Shown: in pieces, positions 38,169-47,736 of the stretch
How positions within the stretch are numbered: the stretch's first letter is position 1
How the letters are laid out: every line of letters starts with the position of its first letter
Sequence record: OP870146.1
Origin: Escherichia phage vB_Eco_F27
Strand: one strand, 5' to 3'
Length of the DNA stretch: 64,000 nucleotides
Position numbers and translations under genes: made by a program
The notes under the pieces: generated by a model
Told to the model about the DNA's origin: nothing
Seen by the model: the letters and a program-made list of their open reading frames with translations, nothing else
Database searches by the model: none

Positions 38169-38474
38169 TTAGCACAACGCAGAAGACGAAACCCAAGCAC
38201 CTTCAGTAATAACGTAACCATTACCTTCACGCTTAACATCGCCACCATTATTTTCAATTTCATCTTTCATCCACTGGGATACGATTTCACCCTTAGGATA
38301 ATAAGTACGACCACTACCATAATCACCTACAGAAAATGATACGGCATATTGGTCTGCGATCTTTGTTGCTTCTTCTTCGATACGTTCAGCTTGATTCAGA
38401 AGTTTATAAATTGCATCTGAAGCGGATTTGGCATCATTAAACTCTGGTACTTTAATTTCAATAATCTTACTCAT
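38169..38474 (-). CDS. paralog 3 of the GxWVxSSxxC-terminus family
   Basis: 101 aa ending ...EGAWVSSSALC. Confidence 0.5.
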   Translation of the reverse strand: MSKIIEIKVPEFNDAKSASDAIYKLLNQAERIEEEATKIADQYAVSFSVGDYGSGRTYYPKGEIVSQWMKDEIENNGGDVKREGNGYVITEGAWVSSSALC

Positions 38475-38830
38475 TTTCTACATTCCTTAATAAAGTTTTC
38501 GATTGTTTCATTTTCACGTCTAGCTAGGAGTTCATTATAACTAATCGTTTGAGAAGCGTAAACCTTTTTATTTTTCTTGTTGTGGTTTATAAAATCGTAG
38601 TAAAAATAGACTACAGTACAAAATGATGCGATGGATGCAAAGGCTTGGGTATACCGTAAGTCCTGCCATTGGTCTGTGAATCCACCAGTGTTCCCTATAA
38701 ATCCTAACACAACGCCGTCAATAAGAAATCCAACTAATCCAAAGGCAAATCCCATGCCAATACTCATAATAAAAATTAGAATGTTCTCACCAAGAGAAGG
38801 CCATACGGTTAAGAGTTGAGGCTTTTGCAT
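38471..38830 (-). CDS. membrane protein
   Basis: 119 aa, two or three TM segments. Confidence 0.45.
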   Translation of the reverse strand: MQKPQLLTVWPSLGENILIFIMSIGMGFAFGLVGFLIDGVVLGFIGNTGGFTDQWQDLRYTQAFASIASFCTVVYFYYDFINHNKKNKKVYASQTISYNELLARRENETIENFIKECRK

Positions 38831-39234
38831 CTTATTTCCTTAACGAATTCCATAGCTTCTTCATATTCATACTTTTTAACAGCTTCATCATACTGAGCTT
38901 GGGCTTTTGCGCACTGAACTTTCCATTCGCGTACTCGAGCTCTATAATGACGGCCTTGGTGCCAATATCCTGCCCAATTAATAGGCATTAATAAAAATGG
39001 CACAATAAACGGCCCGGCTATAATAAGTAAAAACACTGCATCAGACGATATAACTTCACTAGAATCTAAAACAGCTCCTATAATCATAAAGATTAAAAAT
39101 GCTAAAGCTAAAATAGGGCCAAATAGTACTTCATTTGGGATTAATTTACGTTTGTATTCGTATGCCCAGGGCTTAATTGGCATGTACAGGGTTGGCTTTG
39201 ACATATTCTCTACATTCCATAATAAATTGCTCAA
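38809..39234 (-). CDS. membrane protein
   Basis: 141 aa, TM hairpin then a basic helical tail. Confidence 0.45.
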   Translation of the reverse strand: MSNLLWNVENMSKPTLYMPIKPWAYEYKRKLIPNEVLFGPILALAFLIFMIIGAVLDSSEVISSDAVFLLIIAGPFIVPFLLMPINWAGYWHQGRHYRARVREWKVQCAKAQAQYDEAVKKYEYEEAMEFVKEIRCKSLNS

Positions 39235-39796
39235 GGATTAAATTGTTAGTGAAATTAGGACTAACAACCATAGTTTCATAAAGCGCATCAATAGCACTTA
39301 AAGCATCAACTCTTTTAAGCAAAGGCTTGCCTTCATACATAGTTTCAGAATCGATGATTAACGTAAAGTAATATTTTTTATTATCGACTAGAACTTCCGT
39401 ATCGATATAAAACATATTAGACCTCAGAAGCTTATCTCTAAAACCATAATAATCTTCAGAGCGTTCGCTGATATATTCCCATTCAGTGTTTAAACAACAA
39501 ACAGACCATGTAGGAGCAACGAAATCGGTGAATCTAATATCATGGTCTGCAACTAGTTTAGCAATAGCTCCGATATCATGAATCATAATACCTGGGGCTA
39601 ATAAAGATTTTCTGCTATGGCTAGCCGTTTTCTCAGTAGTCTCATAAGAAGACGACCAGTACCATTTACGTCCAGTTGCAACATATCGTAATGAATCAAC
39701 TAAAGATGTAGGTGGATTTACCTTATCTCGGAACTCTTCGAACATTGAGTCAATATCATTATTTTGGTTTCGCATGTTAACTCCTTTATTATCCAA
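39173..39796 (-). CDS. hypothetical 207-aa protein
   Basis: No motif recognised. Confidence 0.45.
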   Translation of the reverse strand: MDNKGVNMRNQNNDIDSMFEEFRDKVNPPTSLVDSLRYVATGRKWYWSSSYETTEKTASHSRKSLLAPGIMIHDIGAIAKLVADHDIRFTDFVAPTWSVCCLNTEWEYISERSEDYYGFRDKLLRSNMFYIDTEVLVDNKKYYFTLIIDSETMYEGKPLLKRVDALSAIDALYETMVVSPNFTNNLILEQFIMECREYVKANPVHAN

Positions 39797-39824
39797 AAGG
39801 AGGACCGGAGTCCTCCGTATTATT

Positions 39825-40418
39825 TTATTTCAAAGAGTTAATATATTCTTGTACATCAGCAGAAGTGGTTTCGACGCCGGCTGGAGTGCCATTGAACGTT
39901 TCAACACGAGTCAGAGTGTCTTCGATATCAACCTTAGTCAGTGCAGCGATTTCAATTACATCATCGGCCGTAGAGATACCAAGGGCATTGGCTGCTCGAG
40001 TTTCACGAATGTATTCGAGTTTGATTGCCAGGTTCTGACGAGCATCGTCAAGTTCAACCACCTTACGAGCAATTTCAATTCGCATAGCGGCATACCCGTC
40101 AGCTTTTGTATTAAGTTGTTCGGCAGTTCGACGATACAGAAGACCAAGCTTAGCATGCATGGTAACATCTTGTCCTTCAGCCAGGAGCTTACGAATTTCA
40201 CGTTCCTTAGAAGCGGCTTGCTTGTTCTTTTCATTAACAAGTTCGCGAATACGTTTTTCTTCATTAATAGATTTAACAGAAGCCGTTTTTAGTTCTTTGA
40301 TTTGGGTAATCAACTTATCTGCAGCTGCGTTATACTGTTCTTCGACAGTCAGATTTTTAGCCATAGCAGTACCAAGTTTAGTGCGGATGAATTCAACAAG
40401 TTTCTTCAGTGTGTTCAT
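39825..40418 (-). CDS. coiled-coil protein, possibly PspA/IM30-like
   Basis: Trimmed to [10 protein letters not shown]... (ATG 40418, AAAGG SD), 197 aa. All-helical heptad sequence with stretches resembling PspA (e.g. [34 protein letters not shown]). The similarity is weak. Confidence 0.4.
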   Translation of the reverse strand: MNTLKKLVEFIRTKLGTAMAKNLTVEEQYNAAADKLITQIKELKTASVKSINEEKRIRELVNEKNKQAASKEREIRKLLAEGQDVTMHAKLGLLYRRTAEQLNTKADGYAAMRIEIARKVVELDDARQNLAIKLEYIRETRAANALGISTADDVIEIAALTKVDIEDTLTRVETFNGTPAGVETTSADVQEYINSLK

Positions 40419-40459
40419 ATTATTACCTTTCAATTGGTGGTTTATTATCCAACGAGAGC

Positions 40460-40488
40460 ATTATACTCTGCTCTCAAGAGATTGTAAA
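40460..40488 (-). promoter_or_regulatory. promoter TTTACA-17-TATAAT (copy B of the duplicated ~50-bp element)
   Basis: 47/49 identical to 11195..11245. Confidence 0.55.
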
Positions 40489-40716
40489 TTATTTTTTAAT
40501 CAAATTGACATAAAACTCGGCGTCTTCCGGGTGCATGCCTTCGCAGTATTCTTCAACCATGAACTTCTTAACAGCTTCATAAGGACCGCTCAGATTAAGC
40601 TCAGTTGTCCAGAACTTGGAATCTTGGACCGAATCGATACGAACTTCAGGGTGACGGTTGCGAATAACTTCTTCAGTGTATTCATAATCAACGACATCAA
40701 TACTAACTGTAGCCAT
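40489..40716 (-). CDS. hypothetical acidic protein
   Basis: 75 aa ORF. Confidence 0.4.
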   Translation of the reverse strand: MATVSIDVVDYEYTEEVIRNRHPEVRIDSVQDSKFWTTELNLSGPYEAVKKFMVEEYCEGMHPEDAEFYVNLIKK

Positions 40717-40769
40717 TTTGTTTCTCCTCTTGATTTGATGTGATTACTATAACATAAACGTACTTAGAT

Positions 40770-40928
40770 GTAAATTATTTCAACGTCACCTTTAGCGGCT
40801 TTATAACCTTCAGCCCAAGATACAACAGAGTTTTTATCCGAGGATTCAAATTCAGGCATTGGACTTTCACCAATATTCACACAGTATGTTTCTTCATTTT
40901 CATCGAACCAAATAATTAAAGTAGTCAT
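40770..40928 (-). CDS. small hypothetical protein (52 aa, below the track cutoff)
   Basis: ATG 40928 (MTTLIIWFDENEETYCV...) preceded by GGAG. Confidence 0.3.
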
Positions 40929-40996
40929 TTTGTTTACTCCTCTGTAGTTGATAAGTCTATAGTATCACCATCCTTGGTGCTTGTACATCATTATTT

Positions 40997-41302
40997 TTAA
41001 TTTTTCCAACTTAACAACTTGTAGTGTCCTTCATTCATACGTGGTTTATCCCAAGAAATACTAATATATGATTCGCTGTCAATAGAAGTCGCCGGGTTTT
41101 TCTCTACCGTAAGACCTTCACTTTCCAGCCATTCAATAGTATTTGCGCATAAATCAGAAGAACACCTAATCGGAAACCGGCAAGATTTTTCACCTTTAGC
41201 TGCAGTGTTATACATCTTTTCTAAAATACGCTTTTGCACGTTTTTAAAAATAGTTTCAGCAGATTCTTCAGATTTTTTATTCAGTTCAGTGTAAAGACTC
41301 AT
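40997..41302 (-). CDS. hypothetical
   Basis: 101 aa ORF, GAGGAGAAT SD. Confidence 0.45.
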   Translation of the reverse strand: MSLYTELNKKSEESAETIFKNVQKRILEKMYNTAAKGEKSCRFPIRCSSDLCANTIEWLESEGLTVEKNPATSIDSESYISISWDKPRMNEGHYKLLSWKN

Positions 41303-41329
41303 AATATTCTCCTCATGTTTTGATAGGTC

Positions 41330-41358
41330 TATAGTAACACATCTAGGGAAGAAGTAAA
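41330..41358 (-). promoter_or_regulatory. T4-type early promoter GTTTAC-17-TACTAT
   Basis: Plus text tgataggtctatagtaacacatctagggaagaagtaaac. Confidence 0.5.
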
Positions 41359-41389
41359 CAACTTTTTCAGTAAGTTATAAACCCCCTAA

Positions 41390-41405
41390 TGGGGACCGAA
41401 GTCCC
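41390..41405 (-). other. GGGGAC-UUCG-GUCCCC hairpin 3' of the 208-aa internal-protein gene
   Basis: Same motif family as 2338 and 23729. No U-tract follows on the minus strand, so likely an RNA-stability or processing hairpin. Confidence 0.45.
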
Positions 41406-41411
41406 CATTCT

Positions 41412-42038
41412 TTACTTACGAGTTTTTGCATATTGAGCAGCGTCAGCAGCCAAACGACCTGCCTGACGAAGTTTTTCTTTAATCGCATCGTGAAGTGGTT
41501 GAGTGTACTTCAAACCTTCGATAGTCAAATAAAGACGATAAAGGTCCGGGGTATCAAGGTTGTTGATATGTTGGCCATTACGAAGAATATTGAATTCACG
41601 AACGAGTGAAGATGTATCGGATTCAATATCACGAACAAGCGAAGATAGTTGTTTATATTTTTTTTCCAGACTAGAAGTATCAAACTTAAGAGCAGGAGCT
41701 TTAGGAGTTGCTTTTACTTCAGGCTTAGGCTCAGGTTTTGCTATTGCTTTAGGGGTCGCAGGTTTAGGAATGGAAGGAGTAGGTTTTACTTTAGGCGAAC
41801 CCGATTTAGCAGAAACACCACCACTAACAATATCTTTGAATGCTTTAGAAGCTCTGTAATATTCTTTTTGGCTGGAAGTGTCGATACCGTACATGGCTTG
41901 AACGTTTTTGAAAAACTCTGTACTAGTTTTTGTACCAGAAATAGCATCGTAAGCAGCTTGCCATTTCTCTTTTGTCATACGTACACCGGCTTCGGTGATT
42001 ACTTCCGTTTCGGCTAAAAATTCATTAAAAGTATACAT
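41412..42038 (-). CDS. capsid internal protein (CTS-bearing) with a Pro/Lys-rich repeat region
   Basis: N-terminus MYTFNEFLAETEV, a CTS variant. Central SGSPKVKPTPSIPKPATPKAIAKPEPKPEVKATPKAPALK. 208 aa. Confidence 0.5.
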   Translation of the reverse strand: MYTFNEFLAETEVITEAGVRMTKEKWQAAYDAISGTKTSTEFFKNVQAMYGIDTSSQKEYYRASKAFKDIVSGGVSAKSGSPKVKPTPSIPKPATPKAIAKPEPKPEVKATPKAPALKFDTSSLEKKYKQLSSLVRDIESDTSSLVREFNILRNGQHINNLDTPDLYRLYLTIEGLKYTQPLHDAIKEKLRQAGRLAADAAQYAKTRK

Positions 42039-42082
42039 CGATGGTCCTTAGAAAGTAGGTTTATTGTTTACTATATTTATAC

Positions 42083-42111
42083 AAAAAAGCCCCAACCTTT
42101 CGGAAGGGGCT
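42083..42111 (-). terminator. rho-independent terminator ending the tRNA/stable-RNA transcript
   Basis: Identical to the 26804..26832 hairpin, followed by U6 on the minus strand. Confidence 0.65.
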
Positions 42112-42119
42112 ATATACCT

Positions 42120-42414
42120 TGTCGGGGTTTCCACCTACTAAGGCAAGTGTTTGTACGAAACGCCGGGATTCGAACCCGGTTATTGAGTAGTTGACGCTAC
42201 TCAATATTTTTAAAAGGCCATATCTCGACCATATCCGAACGTTCCGTCAAAAACGCTACTCGGCTTACGGCAAAGATATTTCCTCGAATCGATAATTCGG
42301 TGCGCCGTTTCTGCTGTGATGTAAGGGGATATTAACAAATCGTAAAGATTTATTAAGACCAGTCCTTACTCAGGGAACATCAGTCCGACGACTTACCGGT
42401 AGCGACCCGGCTTC
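42120..42414 (-). ncRNA. candidate small stable RNA(s) / tRNA-like remnant (T4 species 1/2 RNA position)
   Basis: No ORF. Minus strand carries a perfect T-arm CCGGG-TTCGAAT-CCCGG (42161..42180) with a matching acceptor-like pairing CGGAACG/CGTTTCG. The 26 nt preceding it form a perfect 10-bp hairpin instead of an anticodon arm. Confidence 0.3.
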
Positions 42415-42759
42415 TTATTTTGGCATATCATCAATTTGCTCTCGACGCCGACGCCATAGATTAATCGCTTCATAAACACATTCTGCGTTTGGTATATGAC
42501 GGCAATAATATAATGATTCGCGTTTCTGGAATCGATGTTGCAATGGGATTTCGTTTAAAAGGTCTTTACGGTCAAAGTATTCAAAACTAGTTAACCCGGA
42601 ACGGTTTTTAATGAACTTCCAATGACCAAATTCATTTTGAACATAGATGTAATCTGCATGTTGGTATAACAAATTAATCAATCGGTCTGAAATAACTGTA
42701 TCATGTTCGTTAAAATAAAACGTTAAATCATGAACTACTAAGTAAACATTACCTTTCAT
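42415..42759 (-). CDS. hypothetical 114-aa protein immediately 3' of tRNA-Arg
   Basis: The track ORF 42415..42807 overlaps tRNA-Arg. It is trimmed to MKGNVYLVVHDL... (ATG 42759, GAGGAAA SD). Confidence 0.45.
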   Translation of the reverse strand: MKGNVYLVVHDLTFYFNEHDTVISDRLINLLYQHADYIYVQNEFGHWKFIKNRSGLTSFEYFDRKDLLNEIPLQHRFQKRESLYYCRHIPNAECVYEAINLWRRRREQIDDMPK

Positions 42760-42777
42760 ATTTTCCTCACTTAAAAT

Positions 42778-42854
<77 letters not shown>

Positions 42855-42954
42855 ATGATGCGGCTTTGGGTGTTTCAGTGTTACTCGTTTGTAGGTTCTA
42901 CTTTTAACCCTTATTCGAACAACTTACCTACCTAAGAGCGTACTCACCGCGAAT

Positions 42955-43029
42955 TGGTGGCCCTGGCTGGTTTCGATCCAGCTACCTATCAGTTATGAGC
43001 TGACAGCTCTCCCATTGAGCTACAGGGCC
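42955..43029 (-). tRNA. tRNA with CAU anticodon (Met, or Ile2 if lysidine-modified as in T4), CCA encoded
   Basis: Hand-folded. Acceptor GGCCCTG/CAGGGCC, D-stem GCTC/GAGC, anticodon stem GTCAG/CTGAT with loop CUCAUAA, T-arm GCTGG-ATCGAAA-CCAGC, discriminator A, then CCA. Confidence 0.8.
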
Positions 43030-43091
43030 TAAATAAATTTCTATTATGAAAGGCCCTTGAGGGAGCACCTTTGGTAATAGAGGGTAGATTA

Positions 43092-43118
43092 ATAATAACA
43101 CATAATTCTTAAAGCAAA
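43092..43118 (-). promoter_or_regulatory. candidate MotA-dependent middle promoter for the tRNA transcript
   Basis: Minus strand tTTGCTTtA (MotA box), 12 nt, then TATTAT, about 60 nt upstream of the first tRNA. Confidence 0.4.
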
Positions 43119-43125
43119 TTACGTT

Positions 43126-43416
43126 TTACCGTACCATATTAATGTAGTTATATTCAATGCAACGTAATTTCAAAGGGTTCTTGAAAATATCATATTCAAG
43201 AGGGCCTTTTTCTGTTTCAATAAAGAAATCAAAGTTAACTGTGTTAAATTTAACGTCTTCACAGAGTAATTTAACTTGTGAAGATGAACGGTCGATATAA
43301 ACCTTTTCAACCTCAAAGATAGTCAGAATACCGTAGTCATTAACCAGTGCTTTAGCTGCACGTTGGTCGCTTTCATATCCGTTCTCAATGGACGATACTT
43401 TAGCATAAAGAATCAT
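43126..43416 (-). CDS. hypothetical
   Basis: 96 aa ORF. Confidence 0.4.
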   Translation of the reverse strand: MILYAKVSSIENGYESDQRAAKALVNDYGILTIFEVEKVYIDRSSSQVKLLCEDVKFNTVNFDFFIETEKGPLEYDIFKNPLKLRCIEYNYINMVR

Positions 43417-43793
43417 GAATGTTCCACCATTTCAAAGGTATGAGCATCAACAATATGATACCAGTCAAAATTTTCTTCCGCGTTTTTATAAATTTCGCGA
43501 AGAGCTTCAACAGTTTTTCCTGTAGCAACAAGATCGTCAATACCACCAAGAGGATAACAGTAATAACCAGCAAACAGAAGGAAATTAATAGTTTCTGTAG
43601 GTTCTGGATGCAGAACACCGTTATCGTCTACCACTTCAAAGAAAGTGTAAGAAGGAGTACAAGTTTTAATCCAAGCCCATGCTTGAGCTGCTGAATCAAA
43701 TGGTCTGCGTATCAAACGACAATCAGGGTCTTTAGAAGGATTTGCTTCAAAATCCGCATATACGTGATATTTCATTTTACTCACCTTTTGCAA
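43413..43793 (-). CDS. hypothetical
   Basis: 126 aa ORF with ATGA coupling to the downstream gene. Confidence 0.45.
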   Translation of the reverse strand: MQKVSKMKYHVYADFEANPSKDPDCRLIRRPFDSAAQAWAWIKTCTPSYTFFEVVDDNGVLHPEPTETINFLLFAGYYCYPLGGIDDLVATGKTVEALREIYKNAEENFDWYHIVDAHTFEMVEHS

Positions 43794-43983
43794 TTTTATC
43801 CATAACGATAGCGATTAAGCCGATTAGAAATGCTACTACCAATGAGATAGAGTTTTCAGTTGTTGTCAGTAGTCCACAAATGAATCCTACAAACATCGAA
43901 AAACTAAAAGCCATTGAAGCAATTACTACAGCAACATTACGAATCAGTTCAGCGCGTTTCATTTTATTTCTCCATTTACTCAT
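43777..43983 (-). CDS. small membrane protein
   Basis: 68 aa, two TM helices. Confidence 0.4.
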   Translation of the reverse strand: MSKWRNKMKRAELIRNVAVVIASMAFSFSMFVGFICGLLTTTENSISLVVAFLIGLIAIVMDKIAKGE

Positions 43984-43999
43984 TTGTTTTGATAGGACT

Positions 44000-44029
44000 A
44001 CTATAACATATCCCTATAGGCTTGTATAC
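44000..44029 (-). promoter_or_regulatory. early promoter GTATAC-18-TATAGT
   Basis: Plus text gataggactactataacatatccctataggcttgtatac. Confidence 0.45.
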
Positions 44030-44031
44030 CT

Positions 44032-44295
44032 TTATTTCAAATATATTGCGTATTTTTTATAGCCACCAGGCTCGTGTCGAAGACCTTTATCATTCGCAAA
44101 ACGTTGAATGTTATTGAACTGATTTTCATCAAGTTCGGATGTGTCAAATATGAAAAAGTTTCGTTTGTTGCCAAGCGTGATATGCGGAGTTAAGTCAATG
44201 TTATACAAATTAAGAATATCAGCAATAACCTGATTGACCGCTTTGTTAATTTTCACACCAGACGATTCTGAGATGAATTCGTTGAAAGTTTTCAT
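44032..44295 (-). CDS. capsid internal protein (CTS-bearing)
   Basis: Trimmed to MKTFNEFISESSGV... (ATG ~44295). Confidence 0.5.
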   Translation of the reverse strand: MKTFNEFISESSGVKINKAVNQVIADILNLYNIDLTPHITLGNKRNFFIFDTSELDENQFNNIQRFANDKGLRHEPGGYKKYAIYLK

Positions 44296-44326
44296 TTTAG
44301 GTTCCATTTGGTTGTTTTGATAGGAC

Positions 44327-44358
44327 TACTATAACATAATCCTATCGTGTTGTAAATT
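44327..44358 (-). promoter_or_regulatory. early promoter ATTTAC-20-TATAGT
   Basis: Plus text gataggactactataacataatcctatcgtgttgtaaat. Confidence 0.45.
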
Positions 44359-44668
44359 ATTTTATGCCTTTAGAAGAAATGGTGTTTTGGCGTTTGGTCC
44401 CTGTTTGTGAAAAATCGTGGTTATCGATTTGGTCGACTCGCATAACACCAAATGCAGATTTAATTTTAGCCTTTGAACCTTTTTTGATACTAATTATCAT
44501 ATAAGTATCATTTTTCTTATATTCGAAATTTGTTACTTCAACGCCTTGATTAGAAATTGACTTAATAATAGCATTAGCGTATTCATCATCTAACGGACCG
44601 GTGGTGTTAATAATAAAATTTTTATCGGCTTTAGTAGCTTCAGCGATAAACTCTTGATAAGTTTTCAT
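44357..44668 (-). CDS. capsid internal protein (CTS-bearing, IPI position)
   Basis: Trimmed to MKTYQEFIAEATKADKNF... (ATG 44668), the canonical T4 CTS. Confidence 0.55.
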   Translation of the reverse strand: MKTYQEFIAEATKADKNFIINTTGPLDDEYANAIIKSISNQGVEVTNFEYKKNDTYMIISIKKGSKAKIKSAFGVMRVDQIDNHDFSQTGTKRQNTISSKGIK

Positions 44669-44705
44669 TTGTTTTTTCCGTTTGGTTTGAGATTTGATAG
44701 GATGA

Positions 44706-44734
44706 TAGTAACACACCATCATCCTTATGTAAAC
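44706..44734 (-). promoter_or_regulatory. T4-type early promoter GTTTAC-17-TACTAT
   Basis: Plus text gataggatgatagtaacacaccatcatccttatgtaaac. The -10 is flanked by aggatgat/atcatcct. Confidence 0.5.
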
Positions 44735-44747
44735 TGTTTTGTGAAAA

Positions 44748-45433
<686 letters not shown>

Positions 45434-45437
45434 TTTA

Positions 45438-46172
45438 TTACCTTAAGATTGTTTCAATTTTAGAATAAAGCTCTTCTAAAGAGCCGTCGTTTGTAATAAC
45501 TAAATCGCCTTCTTCAATAGGCAACCCAGCTTCTGTAATATGTTTATCAGTGGATTCCGTACCAGAGCGAACCACATGAATAACTGTAGCACCCATCGCT
45601 CTAGCGGTTTCCATTTCATGGACTTGGCGTGTATCGGTTACAACATAGTAATCGAAATCACTTCCAATATAATCCATATAGTTTAATGCAAAAAGCTTAA
45701 CCCAATACATACGGTCAAATAAATTAACGACAACATCCGTACCGAGGGCTTGCATAAGACGGCGGATTGACCATGTGTCGTTGATATTATTTATAGCTTC
45801 ACGCAGGGCTTCATATGGTTTAATATCTAGATATGAATACCCACCTTCTAATGATGATAATACTTTAACATTATTAATTGGTAAATATTGACTTTGTAAA
45901 TAAATTAGCGCTTCTTCCAATAATTCAATAACATCCAACTTATTGATATTTAATGGTGTTTCACGGTCATATCCGACACCTTCAAAGTATTCGTATTTCA
46001 ACTCTGTGAATACATCAGGATCTTCAGCATGTTTACGTCCCCAGGCTATTGCTAGAGCGTCTTTAATCGGATATGCCAATTGGTATTTTACGGATTTAAA
46101 GTTTGAATTGATGTAATCAGCAGTAGTGTCTTTACCACTACGTTTGATGCCGCTTAAAAAGATTAGCTCCAT
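45438..46172 (-). CDS. 1: deoxynucleoside monophosphate kinase gp1
   Basis: 244 aa, P-loop GIKRSGKDTTAD. C-terminus ...ATVIHVVRSGTESTDKHITEAGLPIEEGDLVITNDGSLEELYSKIE is T4 gp1-like. Confidence 0.9.
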   Translation of the reverse strand: MELIFLSGIKRSGKDTTADYINSNFKSVKYQLAYPIKDALAIAWGRKHAEDPDVFTELKYEYFEGVGYDRETPLNINKLDVIELLEEALIYLQSQYLPINNVKVLSSLEGGYSYLDIKPYEALREAINNINDTWSIRRLMQALGTDVVVNLFDRMYWVKLFALNYMDYIGSDFDYYVVTDTRQVHEMETARAMGATVIHVVRSGTESTDKHITEAGLPIEEGDLVITNDGSLEELYSKIETILR

Positions 46173-46225
46173 AGGTTTTCCTCATATAATTTATGAGTGA
46201 TTATAACATACGGAGCTAGAAGCGA

Positions 46226-46816
46226 TTAACGCAAAGAAGGGTGTCTAGAAATGGATTTAGATTCGGCTGCCTGACGTGGTTGTTGAGATACAATGACTTC
46301 ACCATCTTTTTCTATCGTCATATACGCATAGTGAATAGTTGCTACGCACGTAACAGCAGGGTCAGAGTCTTCAGTGTAACTAAATTCAATTTCACTCAAA
46401 TCAGAAATCCATGGTTTATAGAAATTTGCCGTCAAAACGACTTCAGTCTTATTGTTGTTTAAAATGTGCAAAGTAACAAACTCAGGACCATCGGAGTGGG
46501 CTGTATTATGTCCGGTTATATAGTTATTAGTGCTGAGCATCCATTTATACATGTTCATCCAGGACGTCATGTCTTCATCAACTATAAATCGTACAACAAA
46601 AGGGTCATATTCAAATGTGGTGCCTGCACGCATTGCACGCCCTAACCCCATTGTGCCTGTCACAGTTTCAACAACAGGAATTCTCACACCTGGCAATGGT
46701 GCCGTTTGGGCATTGAGCACAAAACCTGAAGTTCGTGTACTATCCGGGATATCCACAACAAAGTTTGTTATATTTGTTTGGTTAAAAATCTGTCTCGTTG
46801 GACGAGTCATAAGCAC
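46226..46816 (-). CDS. 3: tail completion / sheath stabilizer gp3
   Basis: 196 aa ORF. Synteny 1-3-2-4. Confidence 0.6.
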   Translation of the reverse strand: MLMTRPTRQIFNQTNITNFVVDIPDSTRTSGFVLNAQTAPLPGVRIPVVETVTGTMGLGRAMRAGTTFEYDPFVVRFIVDEDMTSWMNMYKWMLSTNNYITGHNTAHSDGPEFVTLHILNNNKTEVVLTANFYKPWISDLSEIEFSYTEDSDPAVTCVATIHYAYMTIEKDGEVIVSQQPRQAAESKSISRHPSLR

Positions 46817-46912
46817 CTCAAAAACGCTTTAATAAAAATGCAGTATAATGGTTTTAGGTCTCTTCCATTAATCTGGTTCAACAGAATATCAGAAGAACGG
46901 AAGAGAATAGAA

Positions 46913-47734
46913 TTAAGATTTCCAAACAGTATTCGCAGAGAAACGTTTTCCTTTTGACATAAACTGCTGAGTAGGTAACATGATTATGTTAGCCCAGTCT
47001 TTAGGAGCTATTTCTGTTATTGTTCCTCTAATGTGGCCTGGCAGGTATGCTTTAATCATTTTGTCAGCACCTTGAAATCCTTTCACCTTGCTCCAGTCTA
47101 TCTTCAACTTTGTGTTATTAGTAATAGTAGTTGTGCTAGCGTATTGCTTCAGCAATTCTTCAAGAAACTGTTGACGTGCTTTAGGTGGGATATAGTGCAA
47201 GTTTAACCCGTACATCAAATTATGTTTACCTAATCCCAAATAAATAATTAAAGGATATCGGTCCCAGTATGGCAGAGTATCTTTATGTTTAGCATCATAC
47301 ATGTAAGTATAAATTTTGCCTGGCGTAGGCTTGACTACTTTATGACCCTTTACACTTTTCTTAATTGTTTCAGCAAACCACTTAGATGATTTGTTGTTTA
47401 CTGCTGCGCCTTCATTTCTAATCTTTTCTCGTATTGAACTGCGAAACGAGTTTATCATCAGAAGTTGACGTTCTTGCTTATTGAGTTTATTTTTAGGTTT
47501 AGATTCAAGCGTTTCAATTTTCTGTGCAGTCTTAATAGATGATGCATATCTAGACATTGCGGATGTAAACGACGAGTATTTTATTCCTTTTGATTCTGCA
47601 AATGCTTTTGCAGTGATTCCTTTCTCTTTAGCTTTCTTGTATTCTAATCCTATCTCAATCCATTTTCTTTCATTCATAGACTGAGCAATCTTAGGGGCTT
47701 GTACGCCTTCAGATATAATTTGGAATATGCTCAT
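46913..47734 (-). CDS. 2: DNA end-protector gp2
   Basis: 273 aa. T4 gp2 is ~274 aa. Synteny. Confidence 0.8.
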   Translation of the reverse strand: MSIFQIISEGVQAPKIAQSMNERKWIEIGLEYKKAKEKGITAKAFAESKGIKYSSFTSAMSRYASSIKTAQKIETLESKPKNKLNKQERQLLMINSFRSSIREKIRNEGAAVNNKSSKWFAETIKKSVKGHKVVKPTPGKIYTYMYDAKHKDTLPYWDRYPLIIYLGLGKHNLMYGLNLHYIPPKARQQFLEELLKQYASTTTITNNTKLKIDWSKVKGFQGADKMIKAYLPGHIRGTITEIAPKDWANIIMLPTQQFMSKGKRFSANTVWKS

Positions 47735-47736
47735 AA

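Noticed and set aside
42855-42954. Possible third tRNA in the 100-nt gap between the two tRNAs.
   Set aside because: I could not find any acceptor-stem pairing or T-arm on either strand, so I treated it as spacer or a decayed tRNA.
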